Source: Octopus vulgaris (taxonomy: Eukaryota). From it: a stretch of 64,000 bases of DNA. The stretch is from NCBI GenBank assembly GCA_951406725.2, contig OX597830.1, forward strand, positions 26,226,001-26,290,000, in the 5' to 3' direction. Below are positions 11,301 to 30,980 of this stretch, in pieces. The notes beneath the pieces were generated by a model, which worked only from the letters and a program-made list of their open reading frames with translations, did no database searches and had not been told where the DNA came from. How positions within the stretch are numbered: the stretch's first letter is position 1; every line of letters starts with the position of its first letter. The translations under genes were made by a program, and so were the position numbers.

Positions 11301-14300
11301 GGGGAAAACCTATTTGACAAAGTAGTAAAGTAGTGCCTCTTTTCTGTCTTATATTCTCCTAGATGTAGCGGCCGAAATATCTCTCAAATCCTACCTTTGA
11401 GTTTTATAGGGGAAAACCTATTTGACAAAGTAGTAAAGTAGTGCCTCTTTTGTGTCTTATATTCTCCTAGATGTAGCGGCCGAAATATCTCTCAAATCCT
11501 ACCTTTGGGTTTTATAGGGGAAAACCTATTTGACAAAGTAGTAAAGTAGTGCCTCTTTTGTGTCTTATATTCTCCTAGATGTAGCGGCCGAAATATCTCT
11601 CAAATCCTACCTTTGGGTTTTATAGGGGAAAACCTATTTGACAAAGTAGTAAAGTGGTGCCTCTTTTGTGTCTTATATTCTCCTAGATGTAGCGGCCGAA
11701 ATATCTCTCAAATCCTACCTTTGAGTTTTATAGGGGAAAACCTATTTGACAAAGTAGTAAAGTAGTGCCTCTTTTGTGTCTTATATTCTCCTAGATGTAG
11801 CGGCCGAAATATCTTTCAAATCCTACGTTCGGGTTTTATAGGTGAAAACCTATTTGACAAAGTAGTAAAGTAGTGCCTCTTTTGTGTCTTATATTCTCCT
11901 AGATGTAGCGGCCGAAATATCTCTCAAATCCTATATTTGAGTTTTATAGGGGAAAACCTATTTGACAAAGTAGTATAGTAGTGCCTCTTTTGTGTCTTAT
12001 ATTCTCCTAGATGTAGCGGCCGAAATATCTCTCAAATCCTACGTTCGGGTTTTATAGGGGAAAACCTATTTGACAAAGTAGTAAAGTAGTGCCTCTTTTG
12101 TGTCTTATATTCTCCTAGATGTAGCGGCTGAAATATCTATCAAATCCTACCTTCGGGTTTTATAGGGGAAAACTTATTTTACAAAGTAGTAATGTAGTGC
12201 CTCATTTGTGTCTTATGTTCTCCTAGATGTAGCGGCTGAAATATCTCTCAAATCCTACCTTTGGGTTTTATAGGGGAAAACCTATTTGACAAAGTAGTAA
12301 AGTAGTGCCACTTTTGTGTCTTATATTCTCCTAGATGTAGCGGCCGAAATATCTCTCAAATCCTACCTTTGAGTTTTATAGGGGAAAACCTATTTGACAA
12401 AGTAGTAAAGTAGTGCCTCTTTTGTGTCTTATATTCTCCTAGATGTAGCGGCCGAAATATCTCTCAAATCCTACCTTTGAGTTTTATAGGGGAAAACCTA
12501 TTTGACAAAGTAGTAAAGTAGTGCCTCTTTTGTGTCTTATATTCTCCTAGATGTAGCGGCCGAAATATCTCTCAAATCCTACCTTTGAGTTTTATAGGGG
12601 AAAACCTATTTGACAAAGTAGTAAAGTAGTGCCTCTTTTGTGTCTTATATTCTCCTAGATGTAGCGGCCGAAATATCTCTCAAATCCTACCTTTGAGTTT
12701 TATAGGGGAAAACCTATTTGACAAAGTAGTAAAGTAGTGCCTCTTTTGTGTCTTATATTCTCCTAGATGTAGCGGCCGAAATATCTCTCAAATCCTACCT
12801 TTGAGTTTTATAGGGGAAAACCTATTTGACAAAGTAGTAAAGTAGTGCCTCTTTTGTGTCTAATATTCTCCTAGATGTAGCGGCCGAAATATCTCTCAAA
12901 TCCTACCTTTGAGTTTTATAGGGGAAAACCTATTTGACAAAGTAGTAAAGTAGTGCCACTTTTGTGTCTTATATTCTCCTAGATGTAGCGGCTGAAATAT
13001 CTCTCAAATCCTACCTTTGGGTTTTATAGGGGAAAACCTATTTGACAAAGTAGTAAAGTAGTGCCTCTTTTGTGTCTTATATTCTCCTAGATGTAGCGGC
13101 TGAAATATCTCTCAAATCCTACCTTTGGGTTTTATAGGGGAAAACCTATTTGACAAAGTAGTAAAGTAGTGCCTCTTTTGTGTCTTATATTCTCCTAGAT
13201 GTAGCGGCTGAAATATCTCTCAAATCCTACCTTTGGGTTTTATAGGGGAAAACCTATTTGACAAAGTAGTAAAGTAGTGCCTCTTTTGTGTCTTATATTC
13301 TCCTAGATGTAGCGGCCAGAAATATCTCTCAAATCCTACCTTTGAGTTTTATAGGGGAAAACCTATTTGACAAAGTAGTAAAGTAGTGCCTCTTTTGTGT
13401 CTTATATTCTCCTAGATGTAGCGGCTGAAATATCTCTCAAATCCTACCTTTGGGTTTTATAGGGGAAAACCTATTTGACAAAGTAGTAAAGTAGTGCCTC
13501 TTTTGTGTCTTATATTCTCCTAGATGTAGCGGCTGAAATATCTCTCAAATCCTACCTTTGGGTTTTATAGGGGAAAACCTATTTGACAAAGTAGTAAAGT
13601 AGTGCCTCTTTTGTGTCTTATATTCTCCTAGATGTAGCGGCCGAAATATCTCTCAAATCCTACCTTTGGGTTTTATAGGGGAAAACCTATTTGACAAAGT
13701 AGTAAAGTAGTGCCTCTTTTGTGTCTTATATTCTCCTAGATGTAGCGGCCGAAATATCTCTCAAATCCTACCTTTGAGTTTTATAGGGGAAAACCTCTTT
13801 GACAAAGTAGTAAAGTAGTGCCTCTTTTGTGTCTTATATTCTCCTAGATGTAGCGGCCGAAATATCTCTCAAATCCTACCTTTGGGTTTTATAGGGGAAA
13901 ACCTATTTGACAAAGTAGTAAAGTAGTGCCTCTTTTGTGTCTTATATTCTCCTAGATGTAGCGGCCGAAATATCTCTCAGATCCTACCTTTGGGTTTTAT
14001 AGGGGAAAACCTATTTGACAAAGTAGTAAAGTAGTGCCTCTTTTGTGTCTTATATTCTCCTAGATGTAGCGGCTGAAATATCTCTCAAATCCTACCTTTG
14101 GGTTTTATAAGGGAAAACCTATTTGACAAAGTAGTAAAGTAGTGCCTCTTTTGTGTCTTATATTCTCCTAGATGTAGCGGCCGAAATATCTTTCAAATCC
14201 TACGTTCGGGTTTTATAGGTGAAAACCTATTTGACAAAGTAGTAAAGTAGTGCCTCTTTTGTGTCTTATATTCTCCTAGATGTAGCGGCCGAAATATCTC

Positions 14301-17300
14301 TCAAATCCTACCTTTGAGTTTTATAGGGGAAAACCTATTTGACAAAGTAGTATAGTAGTGCCTCTTTTGTGTCTTATATTCTCCTAGATGTAGCGGCCGA
14401 AATATCTCTCAAATCCTACGTTCGGGTTTTATAGGGGAAAACCTATTTGAAAAAGTAGTAAAGTAGTGCCTCTTTTGTGTCTTATATTCTCCTAGATGTA
14501 GCGGCCGAAATATCTCTCAAATCCTACCTTTGAGTTTTATAGGGGAAAACCTATTTGACAAAGTAGTAAAGTAGTCCCTCTTTTGTGTCTTATATTCTCC
14601 TAGATGTAGCGGCCGAAATATCTCTCAAATCCTACCTTTGAGTTTTATAGGGGAAAACCTATTTGACAAAGTAGTAAAGTAGTGCCTCTTTTGTGTCTTA
14701 TATTCTCCTAGATGTAGCGGCCGAAATATCTCTCAAATCCTACCTTTGAGTTTTATAGGGGAAAACCTATTTGACAAAGTAGTAAAGTAGTGCCACTTTT
14801 GTGTCTTATATTCTCCTAGATGTAGCGGCTGAAATATCTCTCAAATCCTACCTTTGGGTTTTATAGGGTAAAACCTATTTGACAAAGTAGTAAAGTAGTG
14901 CCTCTTTTGTGTCTTATATTCTCCTAGATGTAGCGGCTGAAATATCTCTCAAATCCTACCTTTGGGTTTTATAGGGGAAAACCTATTTGACAAAGTAGTA
15001 AAGTAGTGCCTCTTTTGTGTCTTATATTCTCCTAGATGTAGCGGCTGAAATATCTCTCAAATCCTACCTTTGGGTTTTATAGGGGAAAACCTATTTGACA
15101 AAGTAGTAAAGTAGTGCCTCTTTTGTGTCTTATATTCTCCTAGATGTAGCGGCTGAAATATCTCTCAAATCCTACCTTTGGGTTTTATAGGGGAAAACCT
15201 ATTTGACAAAGTAGTAAAGTAGTGCCTCTTTTGTGTCTTATATTCTCCTAGATGTAGCGGCTGAAATATCTCTCAAATCCTACCTTTGGGTTTTATAGGG
15301 GAAAACCTATTTGACAAAGTAGTAAAGTAGTGCCTCTTTTGTGTCTTATATTCTCCTAGATGTAGCGGCCGAAATATCTCTCAAATCCTACCTTTGGGTT
15401 TTATAGGGGAAAACCTATTTGACAAAGTAGTAAAGTAGTGCCTCTTTTGTGTCTTATATTCTCCTAGATGTAGCGGCCGAAATATCTCTCAAATCCTACC
15501 TTTGAGTTTTATAGGGGAAAACCTATTTGACAAAGTAGTAAAGTAGTGCCTCTTTTGTGTCTTATATTCTCCTAGATGTAGCGGCAGAAATATCTCTCAA
15601 ATCCTACCTTTGAGTTTTATAGGGGAAAACCTATTTGACAAAGTAGTAAAGTAGTGCCTCTTTTGTGTCTTATATTCTCCTAGATGTAGCGGCCGAAATA
15701 TCTCTCAAATCCTACGTTCGGGTTTTATAGGGGAAAACCTATTTGACAAAGTAGTAAAGTAGTGCCTCTTTTGTGTCTTATATTCTCCTAGATGTAGCGG
15801 CAGAAATATCTCTCAAATCCTACCTTTGAGTTTTATAGGGGAAAACCTATTTGACAAAGTAGTAAAGTAGTGCCTCTTTTGTGTCTTATATTCTCCTAGA
15901 TGTAGCGGCCGAAATATCTCTCAAATCCTACGTTCGGGTTTTATAGGGAAAACCTATTTGACAAAGTAGTAAAGTAGTGCCTCTTTTGTGTCTTATATTC
16001 TCCTAGATGTAGCGGCTGAAATATCTCTCAAATCCTACCTTTGGGTTTTATAGGGGAAAACTTATTTTACAAAGTAGTAATGTAGTGCCTCATTTGTGTC
16101 TTATGTTCTCCTAGATGTAGCGGCCGAAATATCTCTCAAATCCTACCTTTGGGTTTTATAGGGGAAAACCTATTTGACAAAGTAGTAAAGTAGTGCCTCT
16201 TTTGTGTCTTATATTCTCCTAGATGTAGCGGCTGAAATATCTATCAAATCCTACCTTTGGGTTTTATAGGGGAAAGCTTATTTTACAAAGTAGTAATGTA
16301 GTGCCTCATTTGTGTCTTATGTTCTCCTAGATGTAGCGGCCGAAATATCTCTCAAATCCTACCTTTGAGTTTTATAGGGGAAAACCTATTTGACAAAGTA
16401 GTAAAGTAGTGCCTCTTTTGTGTCTTATATTCTCCTAGATGTAGCGGCCGAAATATCTCTCAAATCCTACCTTTGAGTTTTATAGGGGAAAACCTATTTG
16501 ACAAAGTAGTAAAGTAGTGCCTCTTTTGTGTCTTATATTCTCCTAGATGTAGCGGCCGAAATATCTCTCAAATCCTACCTTTGAGTTTTATAGGGGAAAA
16601 CCTATTTGACAAAGTAGTAAAGTAGTGCCTCTTTTGTGTCTTATATTCTCCTAGATGTAGCGGCTGAAATATCTATCAAATCCTACCTTCGGGTTTTATA
16701 GGGGCAAACTTATTTTACAAAGTAGTAATGTAGTGCCTCATTTGTGTCTTATGTTCTCCTAGATGTAGCGGCCGAAATATCTCTCAAATCCTACCTTTGG
16801 GTTTTATAGGGGAAAACCTATTTGACAAAGTAGTAAAGCAGTGCCTCATTTGTGTCTTATGTTCTCCTAGATGTAGCAGTCGAAATATCTCTCAAAACTA
16901 CCTTCGGGTTTCATAGGGGAAAACCTATTTGATAAAGTAGTAAAGTAGTGCCTCATTTGTGTTATAGGTTCTCCTAGATGTAGCGGCCGAAATATCTCTC
17001 AAATCCTACCTTTGGGTTTTATAGGGGAAAACCTATTTGACAAAGTAGTAAAGTAGTGCCTCATTTGTTGTGTCTTAAGTTCCCCTAGATGTAGCCCCCG
17101 AAATATCTCTAAATTCTAGCTTCGGGTTTTATAGGGGAAAACCTATTTGACAAAGTAGTCAAGTAGTGCCTCATTTGTATCTTATGTTCTCCTTGATGTA
17201 CCGGCAGAAATATCTATCAAATCCTACCTTCGGGTTTTAAGGGGTAAACCTATGTGACAAAGTACTAAAGTAGTGCCTCATTTGTGTTTTATGTTCTCCC

Positions 17301-18839
17301 AGATGTAGCGGCCGAAATATCTCTCAAATGCTAATTTCGGCTTTTATAGGGGAATTTCTATATGACAAAGTAGTAAAGTAGTGCCTCATTAGTGTCTTAT
17401 ATTCTCCTAGATGTAGCGGCTGAAATATCTATCAAATCCTACCTTCGGGTTTTATAGGGGAAAACTTATTTTACAAAGTAGTAATGTAGTGCCTCATTTG
17501 TGTCTTATGTTCTCCTAGATGTAGCGGCCGAAATATCTCTCAAATCCTTCCTTTGGGTTTTATAGGGGAAAACCTATTTGACAAAGTAGTAAAGCAGTGC
17601 CTCATTTGTGTCTTATGTTCTCCTAGATGTAGCGGCTGAAATATCTATCAAATCCTACCTTCGGGTTTTATAGGGGAAAACTTATTTTACAAAGTAGTAA
17701 TGTAGTGCCTCATTTGTGTCTTATGTTCTCCTAGATGTAGCGGCCGAAATATCTCTCAAATCCTACCTTTGGGTTTTATAGGGGAAAACCTATTTGACAA
17801 AGTAGTAAAGCAGTGCCTCATTTGTGTCTTATGTTCTCCTAGATGTAGCAGTCGAAATATCTCTCAAAACTACCTTCGGGTTTCATAGGGGAAAACCTAT
17901 TTGATAAAGTAGTAAAGTAGTGCCTCATTTGTGTTATATGTTCTCCTAGATGTAGCGGCCGAAATATCTCTCAAATCCTAGCTTCGGGTTTTATAGTGGA
18001 ACATATATCTGACAAAGTAGTGCCTCATTTGTTGTGTCTTAAGTTCCCCTAGATGTAGCCCCCGAAATATCTCTAGAATTCTAGCTTCGGGTTTTATAGG
18101 GGAAAACCTATTTGACAAAGTAGTCAAGTAGTGCCTCATTTGTATCTTATGTTCTCCTAGATGTAGCGGCCGAAATATCTATCAAATCCTACCTTCGGGT
18201 TTTAAAGGGGTAAACCTATGTGACAAAGTACTAAAGTAGTGCCTCATTTGTGTTTTATGTTCTCCCAGATGTAGCGGCCGAAATATCTCTCAAATGCTAA
18301 TTTCGGCTTTTATAGGGGAATTTCTATATGACAAAGTAGTAAAGTAGTGCCTCATTAGTGTCTTATATTCTCCTAGATGTAGCGGCTGAAATATCTATCA
18401 AATCCTACCTTCGGGTTTTATAGGGGAAAACTTATTTTACAAAGTAGTAATGTAGTGCCTCATTTGTGTCTTATGTTCTCCTAGATGTAGCGGCCGAAAT
18501 ATCTCTCAAATCCTTCCTTTGGGTTTTATAGGGGAAAACCTATTTGACAAAGTAGTAAAGCAGTGCCTCATTTGTGTCTTATGTTCTCCTAGATGTAGCG
18601 GCTGAAATATCTATCAAATCCTACCTTCGGGTTTTATAGGGGAAAACTTATTTTACAAAGTAGTAATGTAGTGCCTCATTTGTGTCTTATGTTCTCCCAG
18701 ATGTAGCAGTCGAAATATCTCTCAAATCCTACCTTCGGCTTTTATAGGGGAATTTCTATTTGACAAAGTAGCAAAGTAGTGCCTCATTTGTTGTGTCTTA
18801 TGTTCTCCTAGATGTAGCGGCTGAAATATCTCTCAAATC
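8361..18839. repeat. 108-bp tandem satellite array 1 (~97 monomers)
   Basis: Monomer GACAAAGTAGTAAAGTAGTGCCTCATTTGTGTCTTATGTTCTCCTAGATGTAGCGGCCGAAATATCTCTCAAATCCTACCTTCGGGTTTTATAGGGGAAAACCTATTT; same phase recurs at 10981 and 11521 (5 x 108); no long ORF. Confidence 0.97.
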
Positions 18840-19287
18840 ACACTGTCGACTTGAAAATGAAAGACGTATTGGATAAGGTAGTCGCACATATACTATGACT
18901 CAAAAAATAAAACAATACAGGATAGTAACAGCTAAATGAGATTTCGTCGTTGGCATATTCAATGAGAGTAGACGTGCGGATCAACAACAAAACAATGATC
19001 ACCAGCACCACCACCATCATCATCACAAGAACAACAACAACGACAACAACAGCAACAACAACAACAACAACAACAACAATAGCAACAACAACACAAGCAG
19101 TTAATAATAGTTCAGGCCACTTAACTGTATCCAGGAGTGTAATTTTGGTAGACTTTACCAAATTAAGCTACGGGAAAATGGCTGCGATGCGAAGGGGTAT
19201 TAACTATAGAAGAGAAAGAATATCCATCGGGATTTGACGAGCAAACACTCACATTAATTAAACAAAGCGAAGTAAAAGCATAAATCA

Positions 19288-19371
19288 ACTCACTTATATT
19301 TTCGATCTTGATACTCTTGTTCGTAATGTCGTTTGTAAGTAACCTTTTTCTCCAATGGCTTCCTTTATATA
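19288..19371 (-). promoter_or_regulatory. Candidate TATA promoter, initiator and ~47-nt non-coding exon 1 of laccase A
   Basis: Minus strand: TATATAAAGG (19371 downward), TTA(+1)CTT initiator-like site at 19340 (31 nt after TATA start), exon to 19294, then donor AA|GTGAGT; all conserved in copy B. Confidence 0.5.
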
Positions 19372-19433
19372 CATGCATACATACCTACCTACCTACATAC
19401 ATACATACATACATACATACATACATACATACA

Positions 19434-19465
<32 letters not shown>

Positions 19466-19639
19466 CATATGCATATACATGTATGTATATATTCGTTTTA
19501 AAGATAAAATTTGGTGAAATGTTGGCAGAGATATATAGATTTGTATGTTATTTTAATTGGACGATTTCCTCTTAAGCTCCTTAAGTTTCTAAGTATGTAC
19601 GTGTAAGTGCATACATTCATATATGCATATATATATATG

Positions 19640-19765
19640 AATGGTTGTGTGATAAGAAGTTTGCTTTCCAACTACATGGTATCAGGTTGAGGCCCACCGC
19701 GTGGTACCTTAGGCAAGTATCTTCTATACAGTCTCGAGCTGACCAAGGCCTTGTGTGTGGATTAG
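19640..19765 (+). mobile_element. Degenerate SINE (second tRNA-derived family)
   Basis: TGGTTGTGTGATAAGAAGTTTGCTT...CGCGTGGTACCTTAGGCAAGT...GGCCTTGTGTGTGGATT matches copies at 55975-56135, 56580-56740 and 63010-63115; paralog ~53333-53458. Confidence 0.7.
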
Positions 19766-20289
19766 AACGATATTACTGTTGTTTTTAGCCCATAGAAGAC
19801 ATCTCCTCTAGCTGACTAAAGACACACTGACAGTGTCTGATTAGTATTTACGAGGGGAGGTTATCGCTCCCGTCTCTAGCTTTTTGTGATACTCACAAAC
19901 CCGAGTTTCTGAGTAGTTGCCCATCTTCAGCGTGTGATGATCATCAGGCTAGTGATTAAAACTCATTTCCCTTGCAAAATACTATATGCTTTTTCCAGTA
20001 ACAAACTCTCTCTGATATGCATACATATTAGTCAGTATAATAAGTGAACGTCATCCCATGCTATTGTAATGCAACAGTATTACAAAAACCTTAGAGAACC
20101 TTTAGCAAATTAGAAGTTAGAAGTACACCAAGAGCAGATGAAAGAAGTTAAATCTGCTCAGTAGGAACGGACTTTACGCATTTTATCTTACACACAAACA
20201 GAGACTCACACAAACAGAGACTCACACACAGACACACGCATCCACACACATTTCCAAGTAAGTTCTATCGTAATAATTACGATAATTTT

Positions 20290-20635
20290 TCTATCGTCTC
20301 GGCTTAACAGCACTCAACGTTTGCTTTTACTGACTTGCTCTCACTGTCCTGTTCTTGTTACCACTTTCACCCTCTGCAAAAATCCCAAATTTTATTTAAT
20401 TTGCTTTGCGGGAAGGACTGTTTCAACGAAGTCGCGTCTTGTCCCTACCTTTGAACGCGGAGTAGATGAAAGAGGGACAACTGATGAAGGGGATTATTTT
20501 TTATGTTGTATGTCTCGTTTTTCTGGGGGGGGGTTTTCGTTGTTCGAAACAAAAGTTCGTTTTAATGTTTTGTTTTTATGTTCTCGTTTCTCATTGCGCT
20601 CAACGTTTTTTGATGTCCTGTACCCAGATATGCAT
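20290..20635 (+). repeat. Dispersed repeat relic (paralog ~53960-54312; related inverted copy ~57195-57500)
   Basis: Shared motifs GCGGGAAGGA..TTTC..CGCGTCT..CGCGGAGTAGATGAAA and TCCTGTACCCAGATATGC. Confidence 0.55.
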
Positions 20636-20718
20636 GTATATATACATATATGTATGTATGTATGCATATATTTATTTTATATATATGTATGTATGTATGC
20701 ATGTATGTATGTTTATGT

Positions 20719-21270
20719 CAGGTTACTTTCGAGTGCTACTGGTAACATGTAACCCAGTACAACTTGTTGCATGGTCGAGTCGTCGGCGACTAAACCGGCA
20801 ACTCCACCAGGCTTGCTTGGTGAGGAGGGTATTTATTGAACACTCTGCGGGATGAAAAACGAAGCCCGTCAAAGGGCGGAGGAACTCTTGAGAGTCAACG
20901 GCCATCCAATAAATGTCTTAAGGCTGTATCATGCGCGGGCACATAGAAATAATCGGACTGAATACCCGATAGCGCGGTTAAACCATTGGGAGTGAAGGAC
21001 TCCTAGCCTTTGTTAGGGCATCCTTCTAGGAGAAATTAACTCAGGTAACTGGGATAACTCCGATATAAAACCTGCGGCTCAGTGGTTACCGATGATGTTG
21101 ACTTGTTCTTCTTTTCGGATTATGGCTGCTATTGCTTAGTGAGTGGGATTGACTCAGTGCACAGCCTTTCCTCACTTAAAAAAAAATCTTCTTGCACAGG
21201 CATTGCATGATAACAACATTGATTAAGCCTTGTGCAATGGCCATACTCGATAACAAAGGGGCAGCCACCA
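20719..21270. mobile_element. Unclassified ~550-bp insertion in (TATG)n, absent from copy B
   Basis: GC-richer island bounded on both sides by TATG microsatellite; no recognisable protein. Confidence 0.4.
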
Positions 21271-21338
21271 TGTATGTATGTATATACATACATACATATA
21301 TATATACACACACACATATATATATAATATATATATGT

Positions 21339-21400
<62 letters not shown>

Positions 21401-21462
21401 ACATATATCTTATATATATATGCATATACATACATACATACATACATACATTCTCATATATA

Positions 21463-21518
<56 letters not shown>

Positions 21519-21622
21519 CGTTTTTCAGATGGCCAGATAACCGAATAGATGATGTTGTGTATTCCCACCTCGGCATCCGAAACGCAGAGTTTTATCTTGG
21601 CTATTGAATAATTGTCACATAT

Positions 21623-21664
<42 letters not shown>

Positions 21665-21679
21665 ATGTATATATATATA

Positions 21680-21892
21680 AAGTTAATCCAAACAAGAAAA
21701 CAAAAATGACAACAACGCAAAGAGGTGGAACAATTAAAGTATTATTAGGCGCTCAGTTAAAAAGGGAAGAAGGAGGGTATGACGTTTCGAGCGGAGCTCT
21801 TCGTTGGAAACATAAGAGAAAGAAAGATCACGAGGTGGGAGGACAGAGGGAAAAAAACGCGAGTGGTCTTCACGAGGTAAACATAATGAAAG
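21680..21892 (-). mobile_element. Penelope-like relic with degenerate minimal hammerhead
   Basis: Minus strand GTTT-CCAACGA-A-GAGCTCCGCTC-GAAAC-GTC-ATAC; reverse-complement relative of 56900-57097; flanked by (TA)n. Confidence 0.5.
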
Positions 21893-21924
<32 letters not shown>

Positions 21925-21928
<4 letters not shown>

Positions 21929-22330
21929 GCATATCGCTATGCAGGTGTAAGATCCAAGGATCCAAGTGTAGCTAGTTTGTTAGTTTCTCGCAGTTTGGCA
22001 GGTATAGAGAAGAAACACTGGATAATGTACGTTAGAGAACAATGGCGATTTATTGGCATCGAAAGTTACACAATTTTTCCCATATTGAAATTACGAAGGA
22101 ATTCGAGAAGCTGATAGTGTCTTAATGGCTCACGGTTAGCAACTAGAGTTACTACAAATGCACGTAAACATCCAAATTAATGGGGTGAAATGCTTAAAAT
22201 GTAGCTTACTCAAGTTTCTTAGCAAGTCGACTCTCTGACATAATAGTTACTCAACACTGCAGCAATTTGCAGAATTTGGAAATTCCGAGCAATAATATAG
22301 CAGCTATTAATTAAAGTGGAAATTCAAAAC
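21925..22330 (+). repeat. ~400-bp block repeated at 57536-57937 (partial inverted copy ~56138-56217)
   Basis: Direct near-identity (CGCTATGCAGGTGTAAGATCCAAGGATCC...GTGGAAATTC). Confidence 0.85.
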
Positions 22331-22522
22331 ATAGCATATACTCTGATAGGGGGTGCAATCACCCCGAATCAAGAATTCCGTAGACTGACCGGCCAGTATC
22401 GTCTATTTCCCAAGCCATCTTCAGTAAGACCAGTTCGTTCGGTTGATTCCGGGCTAGCAGATCGCTAATGTTTATACAACAAATGAATAAAAACTACTGT
22501 TTGCAATATTATACCGTAAAAA

Positions 22523-22925
22523 GGCGGCGAGCTGGCAGAAACGTTAGCACGCAGGGTAAAATGCTTAGCGGTATTTCACCTGTCTGCACATTCTGAGTTC
22601 AAATTCCGCCGAGGTCGACTTTGCCTTTCATCCTTTCGGGTTCCATAAATTAAGTACCAGTTACGTACTGGTGTCGATATAATTGACTTAATCCGTTTGT
22701 CTGTCCTTGTTTGTCCTCTAGGTGTTTAGCCCCTTGTGGGTAGTAAAGAAATAGGTATTTCATCTGTCTTTATGTTCTGAGTTTAAATTCCACCGAGGTC
22801 GACTTTGCCCTTCATCCTTTCGTGGGATCGATAAATTAAGTACTAGTGGCGTACATGGGTCGATCTAATAGACTGGCCTCCTCCCCCAAAATTTCGGGCC
22901 TTGTGCCTAGAGTAGAAAAGAATAT
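22523..22925 (+). mobile_element. Well-preserved tandem tRNA-derived SINE pair
   Basis: GGCGGCGAGCTGGCAGAAACGTTAGCACG...GAGTTCAAATTCCGCCGAGGTCGACTTTGCCTTTCATCCTTTCGGG; second unit from ~22755. Confidence 0.85.
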
Positions 22926-23012
22926 TATACGGTAAAGGAAAACTATAGTCGCCAACTAAACTTCATTATGGGCGAGCAAGCTATGCATGTGTATATATAC
23001 ATACATACACAC

Positions 23013-23133
<121 letters not shown>

Positions 23134-23234
23134 TTTCCATCTTCCAGATCTACTCACAGGACGAGGTTATAGCAGAAGGCACTTTCCTAAAGTATTTCGC
23201 CCGGCGTGCTAACGATTCTGCCAGCTCACCGCCT

Positions 23235-30610
<7,376 letters not shown>

Positions 30611-30767
30611 TGTTTTCAAGTTATAATTTCTTTATTTTCTCCAAGGACATAAAAGCGGGACATTACAGAGACAAAAATATTTAAAAAATGCTAACAGAAT
30701 TTTACATCGGGTGAGTTATTATAACAGTATAAAGTTGTGAAAAACATGACAAATAAAGATTATATTA

Positions 30768-30980
30768 TACGAAAGGATGCTGAGAAGTTCCTGAATTTAA
30801 GCGTATCGTGAAAAACCTGATAGGAGGCCCAAACCTCCGAGTTTTAGAGGTCTTAGAATAACTGAAGGATCACTGCAACAAGTGTGTGAATTTGAGAGCG
30901 GAATATGTTGAAGAAAATCATAACTGATCCAGTGGTATTTTCTTTTGCCAAAAGCAGTAACGTTTTGGCAGCCACTCGTA
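30768..30980. mobile_element. Mariner-type MITE (copy B)
   Basis: Near-identical to 1427-1639. Confidence 0.6.

Noticed and set aside
8361-18839. CRISPR-like array
   Set aside because: Monomers are contiguous with no unique spacers, there are no cas genes, and the context is eukaryotic.
8361-18839. Coding repeat, since 108 is divisible by 3
   Set aside because: The ORF track shows only one short chance ORF within the array; monomers carry stop codons and 8-bp indel variants are common.
18950-19237. Thr-rich ORF shared by both duplicates
   Set aside because: Driven by a CAA/CAC microsatellite, non-ATG start, no recognisable domain.
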